Source of the DNA: Raillietiella orientalis
Taxonomy: Eukaryota
Assembly: GCA_036172245.1 (NCBI GenBank)
Contig: JAYWIR010000028.1
Location: 1,612,001 to 1,676,000, forward strand
Direction of reading: 5' to 3'
Length of the DNA: 64,000 nt
Under the pieces are notes generated by a model. The model made no database searches, was not told the DNA's origin, and saw only the letters and a program-made list of their open reading frames with translations. Positions 50,600-62,899 of this stretch are shown piece after piece (the stretch's first letter is position 1; each line of letters opens with the position of its first letter). Made by a program: the position numbers and the translations under genes.

Positions 50600-53500
50600 C
50601 ACACTTCTGCGTACGTCACGGAGGCATTTTTCTCGTCTAGGAAAGATTTCCGTTCCGTGATGCCTTTCGGTTTGCTTTCACTCCGACCATCCAAATTAAC
50701 TCGTATGATTTACATGCGTTACGAGGATTCCCATCCATTTTCGCCAGTGGGGCTCCCGAGATCGAAATTCAGGATGACCCCACCCGGCAGGCGAAAGACT
50801 TGCATTCCACCTTCTCCAAGGAGCAGAAACACGTTTTTATGTACAGAGCACACACGAAACCGCACGGTAGTATTTAATCCCGATCAGGTACACGTGTATC
50901 CAACGCGCTTGTTCGTACACGGATAGACAGCCCATACTATATGTGATGCCATGAACACATTCGCATTTGTGTCTCCATGCAAATAATACGCATACGTATG
51001 CATTCGATACATGAAATGATACCCGAATGCATCCGCTGCATGTATCGTTTCTCAGCTTATGTAGTAACCAAGGAAACTGGAAATTGCATCTCAAAATTCG
51101 AGCCCCAATTCGCAAGTGGAACCTATCGAAAAAATCCCGTCGCCAAGCCGCATCCACACTCGTAGGTGGCTTGCGGAGAGAGGAAGCATCCTTGACAACG
51201 GAATCGAACCGTACCGGGAGGCGAAACTGGGTCGGATGCTCGACTCTTTTAGCGATCCCACCGCTTCGAGAACCTTCGTCCTTTAACGCAACCAGCCACC
51301 GCAAAGGAGGAAGGAATGGAAGTAATTAGATCATTGAAATGTGAGCTAATTTCGGCTGAGGAAAAACTTTTCTGCACCTTCCGCATCGAGCGTGTTGGAA
51401 ATTCCTCGAAAAAGTCATCACGCGTGCATGAAAAATCCGATATGTTATTCGAGACGTAATTCGATACAAACGGTGTCCAGTCTTGTACGATTGATTGTGG
51501 AACCGACTGGAAACACAGCGGTGTACGGAAGGCACATGCAGTTCCATCCCGCGAAGACTTCTTACTGGAGGGGGATGGAAGGCCTATTTTCAGAATGTCG
51601 CATCTGCTCGAGAATCCAACCACCTATTTGAACCACATTCGCTTCCCATATTCGGATGCAACGGAGACGGAATCGAGTATCCTAGGAGGACCGACGGAGC
51701 TCCGAGATGTATCTGCAGCGCGCCCAATCAGGACCGCAGCCGAAACGGAGAAATGAATCTTTCTCTTCAGGTGAGCAACAGCTAGTCTCCTCGCGAAGGG
51801 AGGAGCTTTTCCTCGCACGCCGCTGCCTGGGAGATTTCGGACGACGCGGTCTCCTGGCGACACGTTTCGTCCACCAAGATTCCATCCTCGAATTCGCTCC
51901 TTCTCATCTGGCAACGTTGAGGCCGAAGGCTACCATCTCTTCCATTAACCAACTGCTTCCAGCACAGCTGCTTCTACTAGCAAGCCACAAATTTCAGCTG
52001 CACAGAATGCGGACGGTCATAATAGAAACAAAATTTTTCGAGCCAAAACTCCCCGAACGTACGCAGCTGCAGAAGTGGGGAAAAACGTAGAAACCGTCAT
52101 CCTACGAGGCCCTCCGCCCCGTCGGGACAAAAGTGGGCTTGCACCATACAACGGTGAGGAAGACGAAGTGTTCCGAAGGTGCCGCTCGCCATCTTCCGCC
52201 AACACGCCTCCGAAGCGGACACGCAGGCGAAACACGCGTTGGACGATTCCACGACTTGCGGACCGCATCGAAATCTCTGTCTTTATGGCCCTCCAAACCC
52301 ACGTGCCCCGCCGCGTGAGTACCCTGTCGGAATTTATGGTCGTCCCGGGAAAACCGTACAAGAGCTCAGCGGCTGTGATCTTCATTCAGCAAGCAGGAGG
52401 AGATCCGCTGCGACGAGTTGCCATCGACGCGTACCTAAGCAAACACGGGAGTTGGCCCAGACGTCGAGGCCAACGGAACGGCGAACGTCTGGTCCTCTCG
52501 TCTGCTTGATTTCTTGGGAACCTCGTCAGGTTTTCCGCTGGAGAGCCTCCATCACGTGCTCTGCCCCCGATAAAAGTTCGCCGATAGCAGGAATTATTGG
52601 CAGCTGCGTCACGAAGGCTACCCTGGATGCGGCGATCGAGGGAAAGTCATGACTACGGTTCCGGGGATACGAGCCTCGGCTTGCTGCCTCGGAGGCTTTA
52701 GTGCGCGGGACGACGAGGGTCTCCTGGCAACATGTTTCGCCCACCAAGATCGCATTCCCGGATTCGCTTCCTTTTGTGTGGCAGCGCTGAAGACAAAGAC
52801 CATTTGAAGGATGCTGCTCCCAGGAAGACAGTTAGTCTGCCCTCGCTCTTCCGGCTGTTGCAGTGACTACCGAATTGCCAAGTGGAACCATTCAAGCGAT
52901 TCCAGATCGCTACCGGATGCTGATGGACTATGAAGTAGTGGTTGGATGATGCGGTGAGGGAAGGAAAGGTTTCACCCGGAACTCTCAGACGGTTTTTGCC
53001 ATTGCTTTGAAGATCACTTTTTTCTTCAGGCATCAGAAAGTACAGCACTTACCACAAAGGTTTACATCCTGTCAGGCATCATGGTTTCCAGAGACCCCTG
53101 GCACCCCTGAATAACGGACAGTTCGGTTGTTCGAGCCGCAAGACACAAAGGTTCGCTTACACCTATGCCGTCGTCATCGCTCTCAGAATTTTTTCCGAGT
53201 TGGTTCATCCGCGGACTCCGTCTGGAGAATCCCAGCACACATTTTCCCCATCTGCAAAAGGATTCCTGACTTTCTTTTATAGACAGCTTAGGGATATCGG
53301 ATTAACATAAACGAAGGGCGATCCCTTTAAGGCAGTCTATTTGAGTGCTTTCAGCTTCAGTACGTCGTGCAGAGGGTTTATGGAGTCCATGATTGCCATG
53401 AAGATCACCTTTTCCTTCAGGCACCATAGATCGTGGAACAGCGAATGTCGTTTTGAATCCTTAGGATGAAATTTGGTCCACCGGAATGCAGTTAAGAATT

Positions 53501-53700
53501 TCCTTCTTTAGGATTATTTGCCACTAAGATAGCTCATCCTGAAATTAACTATCGACAGGAGTGGCGTTTCCGTGTGACCATTCTATTTGAGTCTACTCTT
53601 TCGAATCTAATGCTTAACGACTGTGCTAAGAAGAAGAGGAAAAAAAAATGGAAAAAAGAGGATGTCAGTCCGATGAGAAGTGCGTAATCTGAAACAACCC
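50600..53700 (-). mobile_element. Decayed BEL/Pao pol (RT, RNase H, integrase)
   Basis: FLTAFRW ~53485 (cf. ILLRFR); RLTVFLGAAS ~52820 (cf. LHVFxDAS); TLVVPR ~52710; DEKERIRGWNLGGR ~51880; RWL..SGGIAKRV ~51240-51300. Confidence 0.75.
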
Positions 53701-54599
53701 ATTCTCAAGACCAAAAGGTTCTGAAGAAAGCGCATGGTCATATGGCCTTCCCCAGAATTATGACCATCGGCACGGATATGCACGTCCAAATCCGGTGGTC
53801 ATTTCAGCAAACATCAAAATCAGCTTTTATTTTCAATAATAACCATAATAATGAAACAGGTGACGCTTCTGTGTCGAACACGAAATCATAGGGGTATGTG
53901 CAGTGCCCATTGAGGGGTTCGGACCACGTAGAGAGGCACACACAGACACAGCCGGTGAAGCACTGTTTTTGCTGATTCTTTATTTAGTAAACGGCATCGG
54001 GGCGATCGCATTATGGAACAGCAGATGGCTTGCGGTTCCTCAGCATCCTCTTCCCGACAGTACACGAGATGGATCTTTTTGGCAGTTTGACTGAACAGGT
54101 CGTGCATGACGAGCCGACGATTTTCTCCCGTCGCTAGATCGACCTCAGAGAATGGAATCTGAATGTGTCAAACGAGGTCATGTCAAACGAGGATGCCGTC
54201 CTAAGGGCCGGAAGACTTCTCAATGTTGCAACGTGAAACACCGATCCCAAGCATGTCTGGCATCACTGTGGATGATCAAATGGCTTTCCAAGAGGAGGAA
54301 AACTGAATTTTGGAATTTTTTTTTTTTTTCTTCCAAGAGGGTCGAACCGAATTTCGTCCATTCGGCCACGCAGACGCGCTGATTCCATGAAGCGCGCGGG
54401 GATTTGCTTTCCGAGATGGGAAGAGGTCATGCTTTTCATCTTATCAACCCCCAGTCTGCCTGAAATCGACTGACATGGCATTCCTCAAGCCCTAGACGTG
54501 ATCGTAACGGATTCATTGAATACGTACCTCCCTCCCCCCCATCCCAATCATCTGATAACAGCTAGGTTTTAGAGCAGTTTTTGAACACGTGCAATCTGA

Positions 54600-55900
54600 T
54601 AGGCCTTCTCATCCCAGCCCTTCTCATTTTTCTCTAGTTCGTTGCTCAGGAAAGAACCACAGCATCATTGCTTAGGAACAATCTTTTTTTTGAAGAAGTT
54701 CTTTTTTGCGTACATCTTAAAAGAGCTTTTGGTTTCGAAGACTGCAGCAAATTAATCAGGCAGTTGGAATACGAGTCGCCGAAGACAGCAACAGCATCCG
54801 TGTTTACATTTTGCATCAGGAATGATTGGAAGACTGGAGTGTACTATTTCAAATTTGTCTTTTCCTTGGAAGCGGCACACCAGGGCTTCATCTCGTGAAA
54901 TCGTAGGACTCACCGACGAGATCCAGTTTTGTCTTCGGAGTGCACGAGCACATGAAGATTCAAGGGGCGAAAGAAACACTCTGGAACATCTGGCTCTGCA
55001 GTTTCTCTTGAGAGGCCAGCTGCCAAAGGGTTGCCTGATGCCATAATCCAACGGGACGGTTGAAAAGCAAATTAGAAAATCCCTCACAGCTAGTGGAGCT
55101 GGGTCAGGCCACCACCATCTTTGGTGGAAGCGGAAGCACGGGAGCACGTTCTGCAGAGCAGCTCCCGAACGTGAGGTTCTGAAGCCACTGGCACCATCAG
55201 GAGGTTCCTGACGAAAAACGGCATTTCAGGAACGTCGGTGGTTCATTAGCTTCCGGTGGCCGAAAGAGGGAGAGAGTGAGGACAGTGGTGCTAGGCAGGA
55301 GAGCTGGCCGTTCTCTGCTGCTCCCTTTCTTCGATTCGGGGAGTAGTGAGTTGGCGACGACGGAAGCAGACGGGGGAAGTTGACTCTCACCATCCATTAT
55401 GGATACAGAGCGCAGAAAGGCAGGCGGAAGAAGAATCCACCGGACCATGTGAGAGATTGCTCGCTGACAGGCTTGCAGCCCGGACCCCTCCATGCCCTTT
55501 TCCAACGGCACGCCTCAACGCTCAACCACGAGAGTCCCTGCTTCCAACCTCACTCCCAGCACCGGCTTTCCATGTCTCATGTCCTTCCGCGAATGCTCAC
55601 TGCCCGCAACTCCCATATGAATTGACGACACCAAGAGGGGAACATTTCGGTCTCCTCCCCAATTTCACTCGCTTTCCCTCTTGACCCAGAAAGGCCATTT
55701 TGCCTCGAATGAGCAGTTTTCGTGGTTGTTCTTGAGTTAGGCCAGAGGTCTTTGAGTCGAGATATCGAGATGCAGGTTAAAATGTAAAGGTCACAAGAGC
55801 ACCAGAGTGACCTTGCGCTCTCATAAATTTTAGATCCCAAGAGGAAATCCTCCAAGCTGTTCGATCGCAAATCATCGCTCGCTGATGACAGCTCCCATCT
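54600..55900 (+). mobile_element. Decayed BEL/Pao integrase region, plus strand
   Basis: IGRLECTISNL..KRH..AHEDSRGERNTLEHLALQF at 54822-55010 (cf. GRL..KHP..H..H.G..TL..LR..FW); PLWIQSAERQ ~55395-55425. Confidence 0.65.
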
Positions 55901-56049
55901 ACCTGAGCAGCCTTTTCTATCTACTGCTTGTTCCCCACTCCACGCATGCGTATTCTACCGTCCGCGCGCAAGCACTCATGGAAAAAAAACCTAATAAAGC
56001 TCTAGCAAATCGAAAAAAAAAAGGAAGAGAAAGAGGGGGGGGGGAGATG

Positions 56050-58200
56050 CATACGAAACTATATATGTATGAAAACTTCAAAGTCATTCCGATGACTCCA
56101 ATGTCCAAATTTCAAAAGATTCCTGTTTTCACCATGGAAACATCTTGCCAGCCTATTTTCTCAGGAACAGATGTGCCGACCAGAGTCGGAAAAAAATCAG
56201 ACTCTCCTTTCGTGCCTGGAGATGTTGGATGCACCAACCGAACTGAATTTCAGTCCTGACATTTACAGATGTGAGCAACAGAAGGTGATGAAACATGAGC
56301 TTCATCAAGGATGTTAATCAGCAACACCCACCCACTCATGGATCCATCTATCTCGCGATGTAGGTATTCTTTATGGTCCTCCATGAAAGGGTTTTGTTCC
56401 TTGGCAGATGAGATTGTGTTCTTCCAGCTTCTGGTACGTCATCCTTATCGCAGCTTTGGTACACCTTCGATTCCTTTTCCTTTTTTCCGGCTCGCTTACA
56501 CCACGGTTGTTTGGGTTGTTTGCACATTTTAGACGTGTCCGCTGCTCGCGACGATCCTCTGAAACGAAAAGGCAATCAGATGAGGTTTACCCATCCACTC
56601 TCAGCGAGGATCCTCAGAAAGGATCATCAAGTTCGGTTCTGTCGCATCCTCATGGAGCTCTTTTGTTTGCTCTCACGTTTCTCCATTACTCTTCGTTGTC
56701 TTTTCTCATGTGCAAATGAATCCCTTCCGACGTTGCGGGAGAAGCGCCAAACGCTCGACGAAACACGTCAGTTTGGGAATTCGTCGAAAACGGCAGGCGT
56801 GTTCGTCCAGAATTCGTCCTCTGCAAATGTGAAAGTCCGCAGTTCCGTTGGCCACCTCGCCAATCCCCCCCCAAGCCAGACGAGATGTCTTAGTGTCACG
56901 TGTATTTTCTTTCTTCTCAATAAAGAAATTCCCGATCCTCTCTCATCTTCGAATCCTTCTTCCTTTCACTTTCTTTGGACCCTCATCTTCCTAGAGGAGC
57001 CCATAAAGAAATGCATTGCCTCGAGCTGCTCTGCACCTCCGCGAAGGCGCTCAACGGACTCATCCAGAAGCGGGAGCAAGCAGAGGCCTGATCCCTGCGG
57101 CCTGTTTTACATTTGGTCATCATGCCACCTCGTCTCGCCGCATCCCTCTTTTCCCTCCGATGACTTTCTCCGATCCCGTGGCTTAAAAGATGGGAAAACG
57201 TGCTGACAAATTGACTCGGGCCAAAAACCGCGACGCCGGGGAAGTCGTATGAAGCCCACACGGCCCCATCTATCTGGGCATGGGCACGAAAACGACTGTG
57301 ATCAAGAATGGTTCCATCACGAGTCATCCGAAGCTGGAATTAAGAGTACCAATTTACTCCACACATTCCCATTATCTCTTAATTGTCGACTCGAATTATT
57401 TCGTGATTTGCATGTCAATTCATGGGAACAGCCGAGACAAAAAAACAAAACCAAAAAAAAAAAAAGAAAAAAAAAACGATGCGAAGCTCATTGAAGAATT
57501 CAAAGATTGGATCAGCTTCCATTTCCCGTTCAGAAAGCATCAGATGGAGCAGCAGCATTGCGAGGAACAAGATGCAAATACCGAAGACCAGACGAATAAA
57601 GTGATCAACCGAGATGATGCGAAGGAGTGGTTCAGCTGCCGTTCTTTTAATAGCTTTGCATGATTTCCGTCTTTGTTTCATCTCTTTCGGAATTCGTCCG
57701 GTAGCAACTTATCCGGAAGCTGACAAGTGCTCTCCTGAAGGTCTCGGTGGCTCATGCGCACCGTGCCCACGCCAGGGATCCGACAGCAGCCTGGTGAATT
57801 TTTCATCAGCTCTCCGGGCTTCGTGGGTTCTTCAGCACCTGCAATTATTTTCCCTTGAAGGGATCATCTGGAATGCTCCTTGCAACTGCCTGATTGCGGC
57901 GCTTGTTCTCCCCGAAGATGTGTCCACATTCTGGGGCAGAGCTTAAGGGTGCTGCCAGCGTGCTTGGATGCCCTCCGCTCAAAGTGAAATGGAGCAAGTC
58001 AAACAGGCGGAAAGAGCCAGCCACATCCTCGAGAGCACGTTTGAGCCACCACCACCAAGCCACCGCGCTCATCAAGGATGCCCAGCATCCTTGATGAGCG
58101 CCTTTCGCCATTCAGTTCGGCAGGGCAGGGAACCAGCAGCGATCAGCGGAAGATGCGAAAAGCCAGATGACCTCACCGCGTCTCTTCCCTTTGCAGTTTG
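56050..58200 (+). mobile_element. Decayed BEL/Pao RT-RNase H, plus strand
   Basis: SLADEIVFFQLLVRHPYRSF ~56400 (cf. ADIxKMFxQIxVxxxDRDF); PRLFGL ~56505; EIPDPLS ~56930 (cf. IFDPLG); TKTTVIKNGSITSHPKLEL ~57290-57340. Confidence 0.8.
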
Positions 58201-58499
58201 CACCGTGCTCGAAAGCTTTCCTGCAGTTTGTGCGCGCGCGCGCGCGTGTGCTTCCCATCAGATGTGTGCAGAAACGGGGAATTTGAATGCATAATTGTTT
58301 ATTACGTTCGAGCAAACAGGTCAAACACGGAGTGTGCGTGTTTGCCGTACCAATAAAAAAAAAAAATCCATACTCGACAAGGATGCAGTAGGCAGGGAAC
58401 CGGAAGTGGATCCAAACAGAAATAAATAAAAGGCGTACATAACATTTTTTTCTTTTCTTTTTTTTTTTTTTTTTTTACGACGATTTTCCGAATGCCACG

Positions 58500-61400
58500 T
58501 AATGGAAGCACGTTGTGTGCCCGAAGCAAATTACTGTGAAGTACTGTAGGGACAAACACAAAGAACGCGTGTGGGCGCCTCCATGCCGGTGTTTCGGTGC
58601 ACAGGCTCCAACTGGTGTTCAGGAGTGACACCTGCACGTCTAGCGAGGGGTCCAGAGAAATCCCACGTGCCGAGCTTCCGAATCCGGATCTTCATCCGTA
58701 CTTCACGAATCGTTAGGAATTTTGACCGGTGACCGTATGAATCCACGAGTTTTGCTCGAAGTCTGAAAGGGGGTCACTTCGAAGGGGGGCGGGAAGGCCG
58801 GAGGGCGAAGACGGGGAGCAAAGATGTCAGAATAAGCCGCTATTGACAAACTTACCTATCGGACTCGAATTGCAGTTCCTCGCGAGTGATTCCGTTTCGC
58901 ACGCACCGATGACGTAAGAATTCTATGACGAAATCAAAAGAAAATCCAATAAAGCGACATCCTTTTTTTTTTTTTATCCAATAAAGCAACGTAATTAAAA
59001 AAAAAATCAAGCATCCATGAAATCCATGAATCCACGAGGGGGGGGGGGGGCAACTGAATGAGTTTAAAGGATGGAGAATAGTTGCACCTATGCCGGGAGG
59101 AAAACTCTTGAAGATCTGAGACTGCTTGGTTTGCTTCCTACCAGAGACGATTTTCCGTGCGGAGATGCAATGCGCTTATACTGATTGATGCTCGTTGATG
59201 GCAACGGAGATAACACCCATGGGCACACGAATGAGACGTAAAGACCGCTGCCTCCTCTTCTGTCGCGAAGATCGCCCGATCATCCGTTTCCCTTGAAGGC
59301 TCTGCAACCGAAAGCATATGTTTTGAAAAACGCCATCGCTTTTCCTTCAGAATGAAATCACAGCAAATGCCCATTCTTTTTCTCTCCCTTCTCTCCTCTT
59401 TCCTTTCTTCCTTCCCAGAACACTTTGGGTGTGGGAAGAACGTCCGTTCCTGCAAGACGACAGTTGCATGACTTTTTCCGGTCCTGGCGACACTCCCTCC
59501 CGCCATCTCTTGCTCCCGTGCAAGTGGATCCTCGCACAAGAACTGTCCAGTGATCGTACAGCTCTAGACTCTGTTTGTCACCCGGGTGCTCCGGGGCGTT
59601 TATTTCAAAACTATCCGGGAACTCTGTTCCCGGACAAAGGACACAGAAGAGACGAAGGGGGTGGGATCCCCGACACGCAGGTCGGTATACGGAAAGTCCG
59701 GAACGCGAGGGAGGGGACCACAAATACACTAGTATAAGAAAAATAAAAATAAAGATATGGGGAGGGTAGGGGACAGGGGTCTTTGGTACGGCCGTTCCTT
59801 CTTTTCAGAACCGGCGACGGATGCCGGCGATCTCTCTCCTCACGCCCTCTGGTAGGTGGGCCCACTCGGCAGCCGACGACATGTTCTCGCCGGCTAATCC
59901 GGTGGGCTGACGAAGGATGGCCAGCTTCTTCAGCTCTCGGTGGGCATCATCGTTGGCGCGGGTGCAACACACGGTTGCGATGACAGCACTCCCGACTCTG
60001 TGTTGGTGATTGGGCTGCACCCTTAAGAGCCCATGAAGATCGCTGGAAACCCTGCGGCTTTCCCGAAATGTGTGAAAATTAGAGTTTTCAGGATGAGGGG
60101 GAAAGCAAGAACGAGAATAACAAGAGGAGAATCCTGAGAAGCTTTTTGGAAAGCATCGCCTCCGTAACCGTGAGGTCTTAGGGACGTGGGGATGGAAATA
60201 CCTCCACAGTCAGGGAAGGGAGACTCACGCGAAGGAAGCAGGAGCAAAAGGGAATCTCCCCTCCTTGTGGAGGCCGGCGGGCGGCACCCGCGATGCAGAA
60301 GAACGGCTGTAGCTGTTGTTGCTTCAGCTCCCTGCATCCCCCAGGCTGATGGTCCTCCCGAAGCTGGGAGAGGTTCCCGGGAGCTCGCCGTCTGCGGAAG
60401 GGGGACGTCTTGCCCGTCTTCGTAAACACGCACCAGTCTAGTGGTCCTTAGAGGGGAGGACGCAGCGGGAACGCATCGGACGAAGAAGGTCGAGCAGACG
60501 TTCACGGACGGCGCTCGAGCAGGCACGGCTGCGGGCCATCCAGAGAGATGCGAGCCGGATCGAAAGGGTCGCCGTTCGCGGGAAGATCACGAGCCCGTGG
60601 AAAACATCCTGCAGCGACTCTTGGTTGCTTCTGGCATCCAATTTTCCCTGTACGGAGAAGACTTATTTCCATAATTGCTTTTCCCTTGCTCCGGATGGCA
60701 AGCAGCTAGGAACGCACGAGGCCCCGGAGCACGCGGAACTTCTTCCTCTCGCGCGTGCACGAGCACAGCTTCAAGAGCGCCTCGAGGAAGATCGGAATCG
60801 AAAAGCATCGTGAAGTCTTCTCGCATCGAGGCTCATCTTTTCGGCGGATGAAACTCAAGATGACCGGGGAACAACACTCTGGCAAAAGGGGGGGAAAAAG
60901 AAAAAAAAGGTCCATTAACGGAAGACACTTTTGTTCGGCATGCGCAGGGGACTTTCACTGCTTGGGCGAAGGCGCATGCGCCCTGCGTTTCGCTCCGGAG
61001 TTTCGCTCGCATCCGCTTTTTCCTTCGATCGGTGGGAGCCGACAGCGTGGGGAGGGGAAAAAAAAAAAAAAAAGGCACATGGCGAACCATCCCGGAAGAA
61101 TGGAAACAAAGTTAAAAGGCACGCAGGCGAAAGCGGGAGTCTGTACTCTTTTCAGAGCACTTCGAGCCAGCAACCTAATTAAGGAAGGAGTTCTCCCCTC
61201 CCCCCCCAAAAAAAAAAAAAAAAAAAAAACTTTAGCATTTCCTGCTAACGAATGTCCGCGTTTTTTTCAGCAGCACTCGACTTCCAGAGAGAGACTCTTC
61301 TTTTATAGTGCGCACGCTGTAAAAATATCCCTTGTCGTGAGTTTGAAACAAAAAAAAAAAAAAAAAAAAAAGGAGAAGCAAAGGAAGAGAAAAACCGTTA

Positions 61401-62700
61401 CCCTGGCAGAGGAATGTGGAAAACCTGATCCTCGATTTTCTCGAATAAGATCCGATGGAGCGGAGGCTCCGAGAGGCGGTGGGAGGATCGTTCGGATGTA
61501 ATTGCATTATCAGATAAACTCCAATGATTCGAGCGTTATTTTGTTGGTGCGTCTCCATCCGCGGATGATTGCTCCGTGGTGAGCTCCCTGTCCGCAGCCA
61601 AAACGTCGTGCTGCTCAAACTGATTAAAGGATTCATCAATTTGTGTTTTTTTTTTTTTTTTTTTTGCACCGGAATTTCCTCCCGCAGCGATAAGAAAGAT
61701 CTGAGAGCAGGAGATGAAGGGGGGAGGGGGTCCTCGCTCTTCAAATGTCGCAGAGTTGGTTTTTGCCTCTCTGGTGGCGCGTGTTTTTGCTGCGAGAAGT
61801 GCGAGGATTTCAGACCCTCTTCTAAAGCACGCGATCCTTTCTCTTCTTCCCTTTCTTTTTTTTTTTTTCTTTTTCTTCCTGCCACGCCAGACATCGTGAT
61901 CCACACGGTTCGCGATCCTCTTCGGTTCGGTCGGCAGCCGGGGGATCGCCGCTTCGAGAAAGGAAAATGATATTCCATAAGCCCTTTTAGCGTGGATCTG
62001 TCGTCGTCATGAGAACAGCGTAACTGGGGCCTTGGAAGAAGATTTACCTCCGAAGGAGGAGGGGAGGAGGAGGAAGGATCCTTTCCCGATGCATGTGCGA
62101 CGTCTGCCTGCGCGGGGCGTCCTGGGCAAACCCGAACTTGGATTTCAGCTCGCCCGGAGGAACCGTCCGGCTGCGCGCCAACGGTCACTCCGGTCCAGAA
62201 CTCTCCTCCTTTCGACTCGGCGACGAGACGAGCGCGGAAGCATCACCTGCAGGAAGCGGATGCTCAACCTGGCTGGCTGGGGGAAGCCCCGATCTGGAAA
62301 CGGCCGCCCTTCCCATTCCGGCTTGCTGCCTGCCTCCTGCGACTCTCTGCTTTGGTCGGATGCGGTTCGAACGCGTTTCCATGGCGAGGGCGGCCGCTTC
62401 GGCGAGGATTCCTCCCACCTGGCCTGTGCTGGGGAGTTTCCTCGCCTTGCCGCCGGCTGCCTCCCCCGCTTTTCCGCCTTCTGAGCCCCGCCGTCCCCCC
62501 CCATGTGGGCTGAGTTCTGCTCTGGGCTCGCGAAGAGCACGCGCAGAAGAACGCAAGAAGGCAGATGCGGACGCCGGAACGGCGCGCTTTCTGTTCGTCC
62601 GAACCTCACGCAGCAGATCTTTGACGTGGACCGCGAGCTCTCAGCCAGGTGATGCCGAAGGTCGCTTTGCTTTTCCCTTTGGAATTATCCTGCGGCTCTG
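58500..62700 (-). mobile_element. Decayed BEL/Pao pol interrupted by an insertion at about 59.58-60.03 kb
   Basis: FDSDLP ~60795 (cf. WDxxLP); DARS..LWMARSRAC..RLLDLL at 60480-60640; YEDGQDV ~60415; LLHRG ~60290; VLQERTFFP ~59445. Confidence 0.7.
59576..59798 (-). repeat. ~220-bp interspersed repeat, copy 2
   Basis: Reverse-complement homolog of 29755-29969. Ends ..AATAAAcgccccggagcacccgggtgaca. Confidence 0.9.
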
Positions 62701-62899
62701 CGGAGGACCACAACAGCTGTACTGCTTTATACTATCCTTATCTGCATCTTTTGCATACCCTTACGGGAAATTCTCCATGCATTCAGCAACGCATTCCCTA
62801 AGAACATTTGAAAGCTTTAAAACTGGAGAAAAAAAAAAAAAAAAAAGAAGTCCTACGAGCCCCATCCCAGTCCTTCAGCTCGGAAAACGTGAGAGGGCG

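Noticed and set aside
50990..51047. Interleaved 9-bp inverted repeats (pseudoknot-like)
   Set aside because: They lie in an ATGC-alternating low-complexity patch where self-complementarity is expected by chance.
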